From NCBI RefSeq assembly GCF_009914755.1, contig NC_060926.1: 64,000 nucleotides of DNA; one strand, 5' to 3'. Shown here one piece after another: positions 1-17,118 of this stretch. Positions within the stretch are counted from its first letter, which is position 1; every line of letters begins with the position of its first letter. A program made the translations under genes and the position numbers. A model generated the notes under the pieces. That model was not told the origin of the DNA. It saw only the letters and a list, made by a program, of their open reading frames with translations, and did not search any database. The DNA comes from the human T2T-CHM13v2.0 reference genome, Homo sapiens.

Positions 1-576
1 AGGGCAGGGGTTTTGCATTAGCCTGCCTTGCTCCTATAGAAGCCCAGTCCACATTTGTTGATTGGAAAAGGACCGAGTAAAAGATTATATACTGTGAAGT
101 CTTTATAGATAGTAATTGACCAGAATGCTGTATAAAAGGAAATAACGAGAGAGGTTCAGGACAAGTATTTGAAATTCACTGGAATATTTTGCCCTTAAAT
201 ATGTTGAGACCGGGTGTGCGATTTTAATATGCATAAGAATCTACTGAGAAGCTTATCTAAAAAGGGAGATTTACTGGTCCCATTCTCAATTCTCTAGGTT
301 TTAAGTAGGCCCAAGTATCTGCATTCAAAATAATTTTGGATACAAGTTTTAAATTGAAAAAGCATTATGTACATAAGGAAAAAAAAATCAGACCTACCTT
401 AGTCCCCAGATTTTCTTCCCTGGAGCCAACAACTATTAATGTTTTCTTATGTTTCCTTATGTTTCTTCCCAGCAATTGTCAATTCATGTCTAAGCCTATT
501 ATATATATGAATGACTTTTTTTTTGTAATGAAAACATATAATTGGGGGCATATTAAACATATTGCTTTATCTTGCT

Positions 577-864
577 TTTTTTTTTTTCTTTTTTTCTTGA
601 GACAGAGTCTTGCTCTGTCACCCAGGCTGGAGTGCAATGGCACAACCCAACTCCTGGGTTCAAATGACTCTTCTGCCTCAGCCTCCTGAGTAGCTGGGAT
701 TACAGGTGCCCACCACCACGCCCAGCTAATTTTTGTATTTTTAGTAGAGATGGGGTTTCGCCATATTGCCCAGGCTGGTCTCAAACTCCTCAGCTCAAAG
801 TGATCCATCCGCCTTGGCCTCCCAAAGTGCTGGGATTACAGGCATGAACCACCACGCCCAGCCT
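577..864 (-). mobile_element. Alu with small internal deletion
   Basis: Alu consensus, poly-T, TSD tatcttgc. Confidence 0.9.
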
Positions 865-871
865 ATCTTGC

Positions 872-902
<31 letters not shown>

Positions 903-1075
903 TATATCTTCAGGCTGTTTCCTAATTCTACATATAGATCTGCCTTTTTTGTTTAATAATTCTATAAATTCCGCTGTATTATTGTCTATACTTTAAAATA
1001 CTTTATACTGTATTTTAACAGTTGTACTATACTTTAACGGTTATCTATTGGTAGACATTTAAATTCTTTCCAGTC

Positions 1076-1347
<272 letters not shown>

Positions 1348-1639
1348 TAACAAACCATAAACAAAAAATCCTTACATATTAGTCTGTGTTCACATGTAGA
1401 AAATGATGTTAGAAATACAATTGCTGGATTCAAAGATGTGTGCATTTTAAATTTAATACTTAGACTCAGCACTTTTCATAATCATTCTAGGTGATTCTGT
1501 CCATGTGGTTTGTGAATATACCTAGAGAAATAGTTTTTCAGGGGAAAGAATGAAACAAATAATTACCACCTACATTTTAGGATTATTCTCTTCGAGGCCA
1601 ACAAAATAGAAATTTTATACAAAAACTCACTGACCGTCT

Positions 1640-4036
1640 TCAAAGAGGACAACATTTATTTAGTTGTATGTAAATAAAAATTACTTGGATACATGAGGGG
1701 AAAACGATAAAGCACATGATATAAATATACAATTAACCCTTTATAATATCTTCAAACAACGGCAAATAACATAAACAGGAAATATTTGCAGTAATTCTTT
1801 ACAGTATTCTCTTTTACTCTGTTGTCAACATGAATACTGCAAGCAGGTCTTTATTTTTTTTGACAATGGGAACTTCCACTCATTCGGTAGAAGTCACCAC
1901 TTTCAAAACATAGTAAGTCAACACACAACTGTACAAACTGAACGTGAGCAAGTCTAACTTAGATGTAATTAGAGTTGAGTCATTGGATAAAAAGTTCATA
2001 TTGATGATACACAACCAGCAGTGCAAGCATTCAAATACATTGGCTATAGCACCATTTAAAATATTTAACACTGCCTCTTGTTAGTTTGATGTTGTCGGAA
2101 AATGAAAGTAATGAAGCAATGTAGTTTTTAAAACATACAACATGTGTTTCAATCTAATCATCCTAATTCTATGGTAAATTACACAGAGAGAGATAGAGGA
2201 GGGAGCATTGCCTCAGCTTTAAGATTATCTTTATCAAAATAGAGAGCTGGATTCTTTAACAGCAGCCAAAGCTGTAATGATAACACATAGGTTGTTGTGT
2301 TGAACCAAATGGAGTATGACATGCAATCTATTGTCTATAATAATTTACAGGCAATTCCCGAGTCATTGGAGGTAATATTAAGTATATATATTAACCATGC
2401 TTTTGTCTCTCCTTTCCATTAGCTGCCTTTTATTATTTTGGTGGTCCTTTCATTACACAACCACTCCCACTATACATTAGAGCAGGAAATAATGGAGATG
2501 GAACAAAAAGAGAACTTGTCCATTGAATCACTTGTTAACAGCTCAGAAGGGCATGGTTGAGTATAACTGAAACTGCTGGCTAAAATTACGCTTGGGGTGG
2601 CATTGTTTGATTCCAATTCCTAGTAGCATTCCTGCGTCTAATTGTGAAGGATAATTGAGAATGGGCTGTATTCACTTTAGGTAAATTTGACCTAAGACAC
2701 TGGCAATGATATTCAAGGATTTGTGTGTGTGTGATGATCAAATTGTGAGTAGAAATTTAAATAGTCTTAAACTATCTGTAAACAAGTAAGGCAGCCAGAA
2801 ATTTCAAATGATCTGGGAAGAACATTCTGCAGTCTGAAAAACGTTTGGCTTAGAAAAATAGACATCTCAGATAAAGAAAGGGCATTATTAGATGTCATGG
2901 ATCACAGTCATCTTCTGTATGAAATCAATCAAGAGAACTATTTTTAAAACTGTGCCACGCTCAGGCAAATGAATGGTCTATATAACAACACGAGAGTCTA
3001 GAGATGGGCTATTTGTTATCACTACTCCAGTGTCAGATGTGGCACAGACATCTACACTAATGGCATTCCATTTATTATCCTCACAAATTGATAGTGTTAT
3101 ACTTTGGATTAGCAACATTCCTTGGAGATGATTTAACTATTAACTTTATTTGTCAGTTAGCAATTAGTTCTATATTATATTTTTGGGCAGAAGAAACTCA
3201 GAAAAAAATATTACAGGCCCCACCTCATGCTTATATCATCTAAGAGGCCAATGATACGAATAAAAGTGCTTGAATTGTAGCCCTTGATTTAATGTTGTGC
3301 GTACAAATACGGCTTCTGCTAAGGAAATCATTACTGTTATTTCTTTGTTAAGGTTTTGTCTCAAGATTCCATTTATAACTGGATAGCACTGAATTAGGAT
3401 TAATGGCAAGTGCCTTCTTTTAGAGGAGGATTTAGGAGTCACAATCCCTAGCTGCAGAATTCCCTCATAAAAATACAAGCCGTGTTTCTTTAATTGCACT
3501 AAATTGTATTACCTGTGGAATTAGAGCTTGCCTTTGTTTGATGCTAGTAGATCAATAGCTCCCTGTAATAATTAATTTCTGAAATCTAGTCATATTCTTG
3601 TGCTTGAAACCCATTTATCTGTAAGCTTTCTGGAAGCACACAGATACTTCAGTTTTGTCTTACAAAGAAGTGGTTGAGTTGAAAAGCTTTTATTCCCTGT
3701 TTTTGTTTTTAAAAGCTGTATTTAAAACCCTAGTCCCAGTAGATGACAAGAGAATGGTTTTTATAAGGGCATTTCTACCAATTACTTACTAGGCTGTCTT
3801 TGAACAACACTGTCATCTCTAGAATGTATGTAGTCCTTAAGATCTTCCAGCATTACATCTCCCCAAACAGAGAGGCAGTGCTGCTTACAAATGAGGCTGT
3901 GACAATGGCATTTACAAATGACAGTGCCAGTTACCGTACAAAATGCTTTCCCACGTCCTGTCATAGGTGCCTCACAGCAACCATGCGAGGTAGGCATGAG
4001 TATTACAATGAAACCTACACGGAACATTACATGATA
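1640..4036 (-). other. SLC16A14: SLC16A14 3'UTR (exon 5 non-coding part; 3' end approximate)
   Basis: Alu-free AT-rich stretch following the TAG stop (4037-4039), with minus-strand AATAAA at 1655-1660 as the most distal hexamer before repeat-rich DNA resumes. Confidence 0.75.
1655..1660 (-). terminator. Putative distal polyadenylation signal AATAAA
   Basis: tttatt on + strand; U/GU-rich minus-strand sequence follows (ttttgtat at ~1615-1625). Confidence 0.6.
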
Positions 4037-4188
4037 CTAAACATGTGCACCATCCATGTATTTTCTTCTGGATTGTTCTATAATTCGAATGCACGGCTGA
4101 ATAAGTAAAAAGAGTATTCCTATCATGTAAAGCAAACCACATATGTAGAAGGAAAAATCATATTTTTGCGTGATGTCATAGATCCACC
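4037..4188 (-). CDS. SLC16A14: SLC16A14 exon 5 coding part (WIYDITQKYDFSFY...MDGAHV*), last TM helix and C-tail
   Basis: Acceptor ttttgtag|GG at 4190/4188; frame continues from exon 4; TAG at 4037-4039; 152 nt. Confidence 0.95.
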
Positions 4189-4909
4189 CTACAAAACAAA
4201 AAAGAATATATTCAGTGTCATGGAGTTGATACAATGAAAGTGAAGAACATGAAGCAGGCATTTATTGCTGCTGTACATGTTTCTACAAGAATTTATATGT
4301 CATTTCATACCAATAAAATGTTTCATTTATCCATTTCTTTTCCTTTTTTTTTTTGTTTTTTATATTTTTTGGTTCTCATTTAGCCATTTTAAAGGGTGTG
4401 CTGTACACCAGTGTTCCCCGTGCCTACGGAGGACTGCATTCGTTAAGCCACTTGGTTGCTTTGGAAGGCATTTGAAGCAATTCCCAGCTGACTCATGGGG
4501 AGAACCTTCTGGTTCACTCAAAGGCCCGCACAAGGCCAGCAGTGAAATGCGAATCCAATGATTTTCTTTTTTCACAAGTGCAAACACGCATTTTTCTAAA
4601 ACCTACAAAAACGATTCTGAAGTTTTTAGTGTGTATCAAAAGAGGCTGGGCAGAAGACATTTGAACTTTCTTCATTCATTCTGAAGTATTTGAGGGTACA
4701 CATTTGTTCTAGAAAGAATCAAAATCTTCAGGTGTTATAAAATTCACATTTACAGTCACAAAACTTTAATATTTACATTTATAAAACTCTAAGTTGCCAA
4801 AGATACTGCCATAGATGCTGACTAAATTATGTTATTTTCAAATAATAATTTAATATTATAATCTAACAGCTTAATATAATAATCTTATTAGACATTCTGT
4901 AAAATACCA

Positions 4910-5083
4910 CTATATTTCATGAATTCTAAGACAATGATGTGCCATTATTTTATGTATCAGTAAGAAATAAATATCCTTGTCAATTCAAATATGACTCAGT
5001 ATTTCCTCAGGACTTTGTAAAAGGCATTCTAATTTGAGACATTAAAATATGAGAAAAATGTGTCTCAGAATCTATGAAATATG
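4910..5083. mobile_element. Non-autonomous TcMar-Tc2 (MER104/Kanga-like) DNA transposon fossil
   Basis: Terminal inverted repeats tatttcatgaattctaagaca / tgtctcagaatctatgaaata. Confidence 0.6.
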
Positions 5084-5279
5084 TTTCCTATATTTCAGTG
5101 ATTAATTCTAAGAATGGATCACAAGTCATGGTTCCCACATAGTCAACTACGCAAACTGAGAGGATTGAGTTACACACAAGAGTTTTATTTATGGTAAAAA
5201 TGTAAATTTTGAACATTCATTTTTTTCCCTTTTAGTAAGTACATTAATTAGCAGAGACTTAAAATATAAATGATTTAGT

Positions 5280-5757
<478 letters not shown>

Positions 5758-6871
5758 TTATCTGTATCTCTTTGTTTATTGTATCTAGTGTGTGATGAAT
5801 ATGCCTGGATTATCTATTTACAGGGATCAGTCAAGACATTCATAAAGAAAAACAAACAATAGCATACAAATTTATAATCTTTTCTTTAAAAAAACAACTC
5901 GTTAAAAGGTATGAATTCTGGATCTACTTTAAAAGTAAACCAAGTTTTTGAATTTGTTATTTGATGTAAAAAATAGAAAAGAAAAAAAAAATCTGACTCT
6001 TTAGAAGTGACTCAGTAAAGTGTTCTATCATCTTTTCTTAATCTATAATTGGAGACAAGGGGGACAAAAAAGATTAAACGTAATCCAAAAATAATGCTTC
6101 AGCTTCAGAATTGAATTGGAAAGGCACATTGACACTGACCTATGAACAAAAACACACCCAACTTCTACTCAGTGTTACCAGTTGGCAACTGTGGACCATT
6201 GTGAATTAGGACAAAATGAACAATTCACTTGCAGATAATGCAGAGTGATCTGTATCTGCAGAATACATGATGGGAATAACTGTAATCTACAATTTTAAAA
6301 AAATCAATAAATACAAATGAGGTTCTCATAGTCCACTCATCTCCATAGGAAAGCTGACTAGGTCATTTTAATGGCTAAATCCCCGCTGTCCACATGATCA
6401 AGTGATTGAGAGCAGAAATGATGGCTGTAACTAACAAACAGCTGAACGGCTTGTTTCAAATGGCTGAAACAAGTCAAACAGTTATTGCTGTTTAACGTGA
6501 ACCTCGAAAATAGGACAAAATCCTACCTGGCTGGAAAATTAAGCTGTATTTCGTTCAGACTATTTATTTACGTTTTGGTGGAAGTGGTTGATTATAAGCT
6601 CCAGGCTCTGTGATGTGGCCCCTGCCTACATCTCTCCCCCGCTCATCAGCACAAGCCATGCTGAATTTGTTAGCATCTCAAATACATTTCTCTTGGCTCC
6701 TTGTCTGAACATGTCCTGTTCCCCCTTCTGGGTGGGATAGTAATAAATACTGTCACCCTCAGAGCACCCTAGGATCCCCTTTTCCCCATCCCATCCTTCA
6801 TCTTTACTCTGCAGAATATAAAAAATGTCTGTTAAGTATATTACATATTGCTACAGTCTTAAATTGAATTC

Positions 6872-7184
6872 ATTATTATTATTATTATTATTATTATTTG
6901 GGACGGAGTCTCACTCTGTCACCCAGGCTGGAGTGCAGTGGCACAATCTCAGCTCACTGCAGCCTCCACTCCCCCGGGTTCAAGCAATTCTCCTGCCTCA
7001 GCCTCCCGAGTAGCTGGGATTACAGGCGGCATGCGCCACCACACCTGGCTAATTTTTGTATTTTTAGTAGAGACAGGGTTTCCCCATGTTGGCAAGGCTG
7101 GTCTCAAACTCCTGACTTAGATAATCCACCCGCCTCAGCCTCCCAAAGTGCTCGGATTACAGGCGTGAGCCACTGTTCCCGGCC
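6872..7184 (-). mobile_element. AluS with (ATT)n tail
   Basis: Alu consensus, TSD aattcattatt. Confidence 0.9.
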
Positions 7185-7992
7185 AAATTCATTATTATTA
7201 TTATTTTTTTTAAAAAACTGTCCTCTTTCCTCTAAAAATATAAGCATGTGTAAAAGCATCTCCACATGCCCAAGCTTCAAACATAACTCATGTCAGTTTT
7301 TTTTAAAAAAAGCACATCCAACTTCACTGAACAATTTAACATAGTGCAAATTGTAGGAGTAGTCCTAAATTTCATGTCAAGTTAATCCCATAGGTTTTCT
7401 CCAATCCACCTTTAGGATTTATTTATAAATAACTCTGGATCCTGCCATCTCCCTTTGGTGCCTGTTTTAATATTTCTGCTAGTTTAAATTCAAACCCAGT
7501 CGGATGTAAAGCAGGTCAAGAGAGACAGGACTCTACCAGGAGCTTTGACTCTCAGCACAAGTTGACACAACTTTTTCAGAGAGAAGAGAGTTCCTACAAG
7601 CTGCCCTCCTCATGCATCCTTCACCACCCCTCCTGCAGGTTTGACCTCAGTTCTTGGATTTGGAACCCGGGATTCTTGGCAACCCTGGATTCTTGGCAAC
7701 CCTCATCCAAGCACCAATTCAAACCTACAGCTTCAAAGTAAAATCTGGTTCCCTGTTAAAGTGCATTTTCTTTTCATTTGAGTCTGTCAAATAAGTAATA
7801 GATGTTTTTCGTATTAATTAAATAAAGGCTCCCAGCTTTTGGTGGAAAACATTGCAAATTATTGTTAAGGTGTTAGATTTTATGTGAATGGAAGAGATGT
7901 GTGTGGAATATTGGTCGGTCAAATCTGATGGCTGAGGTTTTGCCATATTATATACTGAAACATCTAGGAAAGTATGTACTACTATTACATAA

Positions 7993-8292
<300 letters not shown>

Positions 8293-10662
8293 TATATTAC
8301 ATCTTTAAAGGGGTTGAACAAAATGCCCAACAATATTATAAATAAATTAGAACAAGAAGTCCATGCTGCTGAATGACATGGTTGAAATGTCTGTTCAATA
8401 TCTCTGATTCTACATTCTTGAAACTGTTTTTTTTTAAAAAGAAGGTGATGTGAACAGTAATTTTCCTTGCAGCAAACCCAGCTAAGTAATAATTTCTAGC
8501 ACACCTCGAATTTCTAGCAAGAGTGCAATGTGGTCATTTAGTCACGCATGTTGCCAGTCACTCTGAGCCCACAGTGCACATAAACGGTGGCTTGCATCTC
8601 ATTGCAATCTTGGCTTCTTGGCCTGGAAAGTCAATAAATGAAACATCATGCAGGTAGCCAATGAATGTTGTTCATCATTCCTTAGAGCATGAATTCAATG
8701 GAAGATGAAGAAACCAACAAATGCAAATAAAGAAAGTCCCCTTTAGCTTGCTGGCCTAGACAGGCACATCTGAATGTTGATTTTGGGGTTTCCATAGCAG
8801 CATATGATACGCATCATTGAAGGCTCCCAACCATTAATACAACGATTTCTACCGTCCATGGTGGATCCCATTCCACTACAGAATCCACCTCTGGGGAGGA
8901 ACCTTGAAGCAGTCAAGAGATAAGACCTGATGACTGAGGGTTGAGTATAACTCCCTGTCATCTACTTATCATTCCTTTCTCTTCCACTCAAGAAAGCTCA
9001 CTAGAATGCAGATGAGTGGACAGCACATGACCACAGGGAAGGGATAAGGAAACTATCCTGGCAAACTCTGGTGCGTTGACTAACATTGCCCATGAGAATT
9101 ACTCATGCCATACCTCACAGTTGTGTTGTGATGCTACCATTGAAATCTGACAGATCAAGACAAAACAACCCAAGCCTGCCCATTAGAAGAAAGTACCCCT
9201 GGATCATGCAAAGAACCATCAGTGACAGAGTCCATTTCTGCATACAGTGTATCTGAAGGACCTCCAACAAGAGGGTGGAGGAGCCACTACTAGGTCCCCA
9301 TACCTCCAATGGATATTTAACATCTCTAGCAGGCACCATTGGCGGACTGATTCAACTGCCAATCCCAATTCTTTTCTCCTTTCCTTCCTCTAGTACAGAG
9401 GCTGGAAAGCAAAATACTGCATTCACAGCTCCCCTTGAAGCTTGAACTAGCTGTGTGATATAGTTCTGGCCAATCAGATGTAAGTGGAATTTTGCTGGGA
9501 CTGAGCCTTTCCCCACTTCCTTCTCCCTGCTATAAATGATGATGTAGTGGCTGGAGATACAGCAACCATTGTGTCACCATGAGGCAGTCAGCATGAGGAA
9601 AGGGCCAAGAGGATGTCTGAGACGTTGCCCCAATATCCTCCAGTCCCTGAACTCTATATTTCTGGTTATGTGACAGAAATCTGCTTAAACTATCATTGTC
9701 AGGATGTTATAATCAAATGCGTTCTGACCTGACAGAGAATTTTACATAATGAGATCAGTGAGCAATTTTAGACCTTTCAGCTGCCAGTATAGTTTGCTCC
9801 GTTGCTATAGTCAATTTTCACCTAAAAATGCTGCATCTGCATTTCTGTGCACAGGCAGACAACAGGAGCAGCTTGCTCCAGGAGGAGTCCTATATGTAGC
9901 CCTGGGGATTCCTAAAGTGACTCTTGGACTTTAAACCTTTAGTCAGCCAACTGCTGGTGTTGTCCGCTGTACAGGCAAAAATCTATGATTTCTTGTACTT
10001 CAAATTTCAAGCGGATTTAAAAGCGTGTTTGTTGGTGCAAGCTCTCTGCCAGTGGGGGGTCTTAAGGGAGAGGGTGACTTTATGACTTACAGAAAGACTG
10101 GGAAAAAAGGGGGCAGGGAGGGCTTTGTCCTGTACCCATGGGATTCCTTCACCCACTGGGGAGAGATATTCCTGCCAGAAGGTATTAGAATAAAGGGCCT
10201 GGAGGGCCCAGACAGGAGGGTGCTTGGGGGTGGCTGGGGAGAGGGGACATCTGAACAGGTGAGGCTCCACTGGGTTAGCCTGAGGCTCTGCACAAAACCT
10301 CTAGCAGCTCTGACAATCACCACCAGCCCTGGCTGTCTGAGGGCCACCACCAGAGAGCACCTTTGTGTTGGCATTCTGCCCCAGCCTCTGCCATGCTATG
10401 CAGACTCCTGTCTCCAGTTCTTGGACAGAAGACAGACCTCGTTATCTTCACACAGTACCTGGTGTCTTGGGGCATGAGTCTATCTGCCCAAACCTGACTT
10501 GCCTTTCCACGAAGGCACTGGCCCAGACACAAGATTCCTTGGTACTCACGGCTTCTGCTATGCCTGAATACCAAGTTCTCTGGTTAATTTGCTTCTTGCA
10601 AATGAAGGGAATACATGACAGAGAATGTATCCTAGATGTTGCCAACTAGTGGCCTCCGGGCC

Positions 10663-11595
<933 letters not shown>

Positions 11596-11895
11596 GGGCT
11601 GGATCAAGTCCATGGATGTGTTCTGTTGCACCTGCCACATGGTGTTTTGGAAATCTGTTAGTGCTACCTAACAGTACAGATTCTTAGCTTCCCTTGGGGG
11701 GAAACAACAACAGAAGATCTGGCAACAATTCTCAGTATTTCTTGGTGACAAAAATCAGCTGGAACTGCCCAGAGGCCACCTTCAAATGGGTAAGGAGCCC
11801 GTCAGTATTCCATCACCCCATCCACTTTATTTCCTCACTCTACCAGCCTGGCTGCTTTATCATGTGGATAGGATCAAAAGTTCATCTGCATTTCA

Positions 11896-12371
<476 letters not shown>

Positions 12372-12392
12372 TTAAAACCTCAGAGAGTTTAC

Positions 12393-13370
12393 CTGCAAAA
12401 GGTGGTCCCAGCAATGCAGAGATGCCATTAGCACAGATGATGATGCCGTAGGCATTGGCCAGGTGTTCAATGCCAACCAAGTCTTCAGTCACTACGGGCA
12501 TTAGGGAGAAATAACCACTGGAAAACCCTATCAGCGCACAGATGACCGCCAGGCCAGCGTACGTGTGCATCAACGGCAGAATAAAAATACTGAGGACAAG
12601 GGTGAAGTTGGCCAACAGGAAGACATTCCAAACACTAATGCAAGGCAAGTCGGCTATGACGCCCAGGATCACTTTTCCAAAGATGTGAACTATTGCTATA
12701 ATTGACGTCAGAGGGAAAACGTCGTTTTGCTCCGATAAGTTATACAAATTGACGATTTCTGGGAGGTGAATGAAGGGGATGACAAAGCTGCTGTATGCAA
12801 ACAAAGCCCAGAAAATAAAGGCTACAAACATTCGATTTGTAAATAGAGAGGCTGTCCCAAAGTAGCCCGAATACCAGTCCTCGAAGCCCTTCCTGACTCT
12901 CATGGTGAGCCAGCTGACAGTCTTCAGAATCCGGAGGGCACACATGTTCTTCCTGTGCCCGGCCTGATCGGGGCACTCCTGGGCTTGCAGGTCGCAGAGG
13001 GTCTCCTCGTTCCCGAGCCCACCATCCTTCTCTTCTGTTCTTCCCTGCTGTCCAGTTGACTTCACAGATTCTGTGGAGTGCGCTGGCAGGCCACGCACAT
13101 CTTTCTCTCCTGGGTCGTTTGGGTTTTTACCAGGAGAGAGGGGCCTCATGAGCGCCCCACAAACACACAGGTTTAGGGAAACGGCACCTTGGATCAACAT
13201 GGCATTCCTCCAGCCGTACTCTGCGCACAGGTACTTCAGCAGCACAGTCATTAGGAACGTACCGAATCCGGTCCCCGTGGTGCTGAGGCCCTGGGCGAGG
13301 GCGCGTCTCTTCTGGAAATACCTGCCCACCATGACCACCGCTGGCAGGTAGGCCATCCCGCTGCCCAGGC
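12393..13370 (-). CDS. SLC16A14: SLC16A14 exon 4 (978 nt; LGSGMAYLPAVVMVGRYFQKRRALAQG...ALLGPPFAG)
   Basis: Acceptor tgtacag|GC at 13371/13370, donor G|gtaaac at 12393/12392; SLC16/MCT motifs YFxKRRxLAxG and GPP; large hydrophilic loop between TM halves. Confidence 0.97.
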
Positions 13371-13952
13371 CTGTACAGGCCGACGGGGGGAAGAAAAGAC
13401 ACAGTGCAACATCAGTGGCCATATCCAGAATTCGCAGCAAAGATCACCTGCATTTCCTTAATTAGCATCTATTTATGCTTTTTATTTCTAACAAAGCAAT
13501 AACACTGATTATTTAAAAAGCAGCTCCCAGGGATAAGCAGCAGAAAGACCATCCACCCAAGCAGGTTTCTAGCCCGCCATTTTCCCCAACAGGCTTTGCT
13601 GCACAAGTTCCTCCAATAACAAAATGGAGCAGCATTCTCCCATCAGAAAAATAGAAGCTCCAGGCAGGCAGGCAGGACCATGTATTTTCACCACTGGTGT
13701 GCCCAGGACTGCCCAGATCACACGGCACGTGCTTAGCAAGTAGCTGGGAGAATGAACGTCTTCTCTGAGGGCCTCTGCTGTCTTAAGCCTCCCTTGATTG
13801 CACTATGTGTCCAGAGACCCCAACCTGGCTCTTTAGTCTCAGCAAAAGGAGTGTTTATTTCCTCGCCTATAACACAAAAATCCCACTGCTAGCCCTATTC
13901 ACGGGACTATTATAGGGAAGAGTTTCTAATGTACTCAGGGAAAATATCTGAC

Positions 13953-14249
13953 TTCTTTTTTTTTTTTTTTTTTTGAGACAGGGACTCACTCTGTTGCCCA
14001 GGCTGGAATGCAATGGTGCGATCACAGCTCATTGCGTCCTCGAACTCCCCAGGCTCAGATGATCCTCTCACCTCAGTCTCCCAAGTAACTGGGACTATCA
14101 CCGTGTGTGGCTAATTTTTGTATTTTTTTTGTAGACACGTGGTTTCACCATGTTGCCCAAGCTGGTCTCAAACTCCTGGGCTCACGCAATTCACCTGCTT
14201 TGGCCTCTCAAAGTGCTCGGATTACAGGTGGGAGCCACTGCTCCTGGCC
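13953..14249 (-). mobile_element. AluJ
   Basis: Diverged Alu, TSD atctgac. Confidence 0.88.
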
Positions 14250-14279
14250 AACATCTGACATTTTTAAAGAACTGTTTTA

Positions 14280-14502
14280 ACCAGAGGAATATGTTCTAGT
14301 GATCTGTTGTACAATATGGTGACTGTAGTTAGTACTAATGTATTCTATATTTTTCAAATTGCTAAATGTAGATTTTAAATGTTCTCATCACAAGTATGTG
14401 AGGTGATGGATATGTCAATTAGCCTTATTCAATCATTCTACAATATATACATGTATCAGAACATCACATTTGACTCCACAAATATTTACCATTGTCAATT
14501 AC
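14280..14502 (+). mobile_element. L1MA-type 3' end fragment
   Basis: gtatgtgaggtgatggatatgt...aacatcacatt typical L1MA 3'UTR. Confidence 0.7.
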
Positions 14503-14884
14503 GACTAAAATAGAAATATCAAAAATGTATTATGTATAATAAGGGAAAAAGAGAACTGTTATCAGGTCCTTCAATCAATGGTTTTTAAACTATGCTTCAA
14601 AGGATACAGAAGTGCTTTATGTGTGTATGTGTATAGATATATATTACAAGAAGCAACTTGCAGATTTATATGGACAGTAGGTTATTATGTTCACCTTCTC
14701 CTCCTGTCAAAAGATACATACTTCAGCTCGTATGTTTTATATATATAACCATATTTACCTATTAGCTAACATTTACTGAGCACTTTGCTAAGTGCTTTAT
14801 ACAAATTATGTCATTTAATCATTTCAACAACCATGTAAACTAAGCTCTCTTCATTATACCCATTTTGCAGGTAAGGAAACTGAG
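14503..14884 (+). repeat. Local duplication copy A (intron 3)
   Basis: Near-identical to 17119-17508. Confidence 0.92.
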
Positions 14885-15267
14885 GTATAAGTAGGTTAAA
14901 TAACTTGCCCAAAGTCACACAGGTAATAATAATGAAAAAAGAAAAGCCAGAATTCCAAGCTAACTTTTAACTCTTATGCTAACGCATTCATTGTGGCTCT
15001 GTACTCAAAAAGAGTGTCAAGCTGGATTCAGTTTATTTAAAATGCAATTGTACAAGTAATTACTCATCTGTGTGAATCACACTACCTGCTGATAAAGGAA
15101 ATTGTGGCTGGGAATATATTTTGCATAATGGATATGCAGATTGTGGTGGCTGGCAGCCAATATTAACCTGTTCACTGGGAATGACAACCTAACTGTACTC
15201 TAGATTTGCTTCTTCGTCTCTACATATATGTGTGGTTTATGCTATTTTATGAATTTGAACAGGGCTA

Positions 15268-16025
<758 letters not shown>

Positions 16026-16406
16026 TATTATTTAGCTTATTTCCCACACCACACTGATGTAATTTCCTTAATCTTTGGTCCATTCACCTAAGTCAACGTT
16101 ACTGCCTTCCTTTTCCTATTCCTCACTGGAGATAGCATTGGCATTTAGAACCAGGCATATGGAAATATAATTTGATTCTCTTAGGCAGGCCAAGTTTTGC
16201 TGTTAGGTGGGCTCCCCCCACTTAAGGCATATTAAAATGTAATGTTAAAATGTATTTCCAGGAGTGTAGGGAGGGGTTGGGGTGAAGTGGCGGGGAGGAA
16301 ACAGAACAGAATGTTTTAATGTGTCTCTTTTCTCCACAATTAAATCCACTGCCAAGATGTCTTATAAAACATTTAAAATCGAGTTTAAAAAAAGCCACAT
16401 GCTTAC

Positions 16407-16550
16407 CAGCTGCGACTCCAAAAGTAATGAAGAGATAATGCACGTTTGCAGCATAGGCACTCAACACCCAGCCCAGGGAGTTGACGAGCCCTCCAATGAT
16501 CGCAGTCTGGCGGCACCCACAGGTGTTAATGAACAAGCCGATGAAAGGGC
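16407..16550 (-). CDS. SLC16A14: SLC16A14 exon 3 (144 nt; PFIGLFINTCGCRQTAIIGG...FGVAAG)
   Basis: Acceptor gtgacag|GC, donor G|gtaagc; MFS loop motif GCR; frame consistent with neighbours. Confidence 0.96.
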
Positions 16551-17118
16551 CTGTCACAGAGCATTGGAAAAGGAATTGACTAAAGGTGCTTCCGTTTTAT
16601 TCTTTCTCATAAATCTTCATGTGAAGACAAAGAATAAAATGTCACTAGAGCTGTTAAATGACACAAAAAGCCCCCATTGCTTTATATGCCAAACACTTTT
16701 AGCATGCAAAGATGATTTTAAGTAATTTCATCAGAGAGCACAAGGTTCTGGATTTTCAGGAAAGGCAGACCTGAAATAAATAGACATTCATTCTTTCATC
16801 TACAAGAAAACCAGTGGTCTAGGAGCTATCTCTAGCCTGTGGATACATTTTGTCGATCCCATACAAAGTCTAAAAAATGTCTGGAATTAGTTGCCAATGT
16901 TTAAAAATTAAGAGGATTCACAAAAAGTCCAGTGGCAACACAGACTACCTTCCCACAGGACCAAAGTTAGTTGGAGCTGTGCAGTGGCTGAGCCCGTTTG
17001 ACTGGGACACACCCCTTCCAGTTTGCTGCAGTCTCTATCCTTCCCTCTGGTCTTAAACCTGGCCTCAATTACATTATTTCTTTGGCTTCTTTCCAAATAG
17101 AAAGACATTTCAGTTTTT

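Noticed and set aside
7664-7703. 2.3 x 17-bp tandem repeat
   Set aside because: Ordinary slippage duplication with no spacers
8740-9340. Possible retroviral env remnant (LCMIQGYFLLMG...FNGS)
   Set aside because: Only a faint motif resemblance; no furin site, fusion peptide or immunosuppressive domain found downstream; would need a Dfam/tBLASTx search
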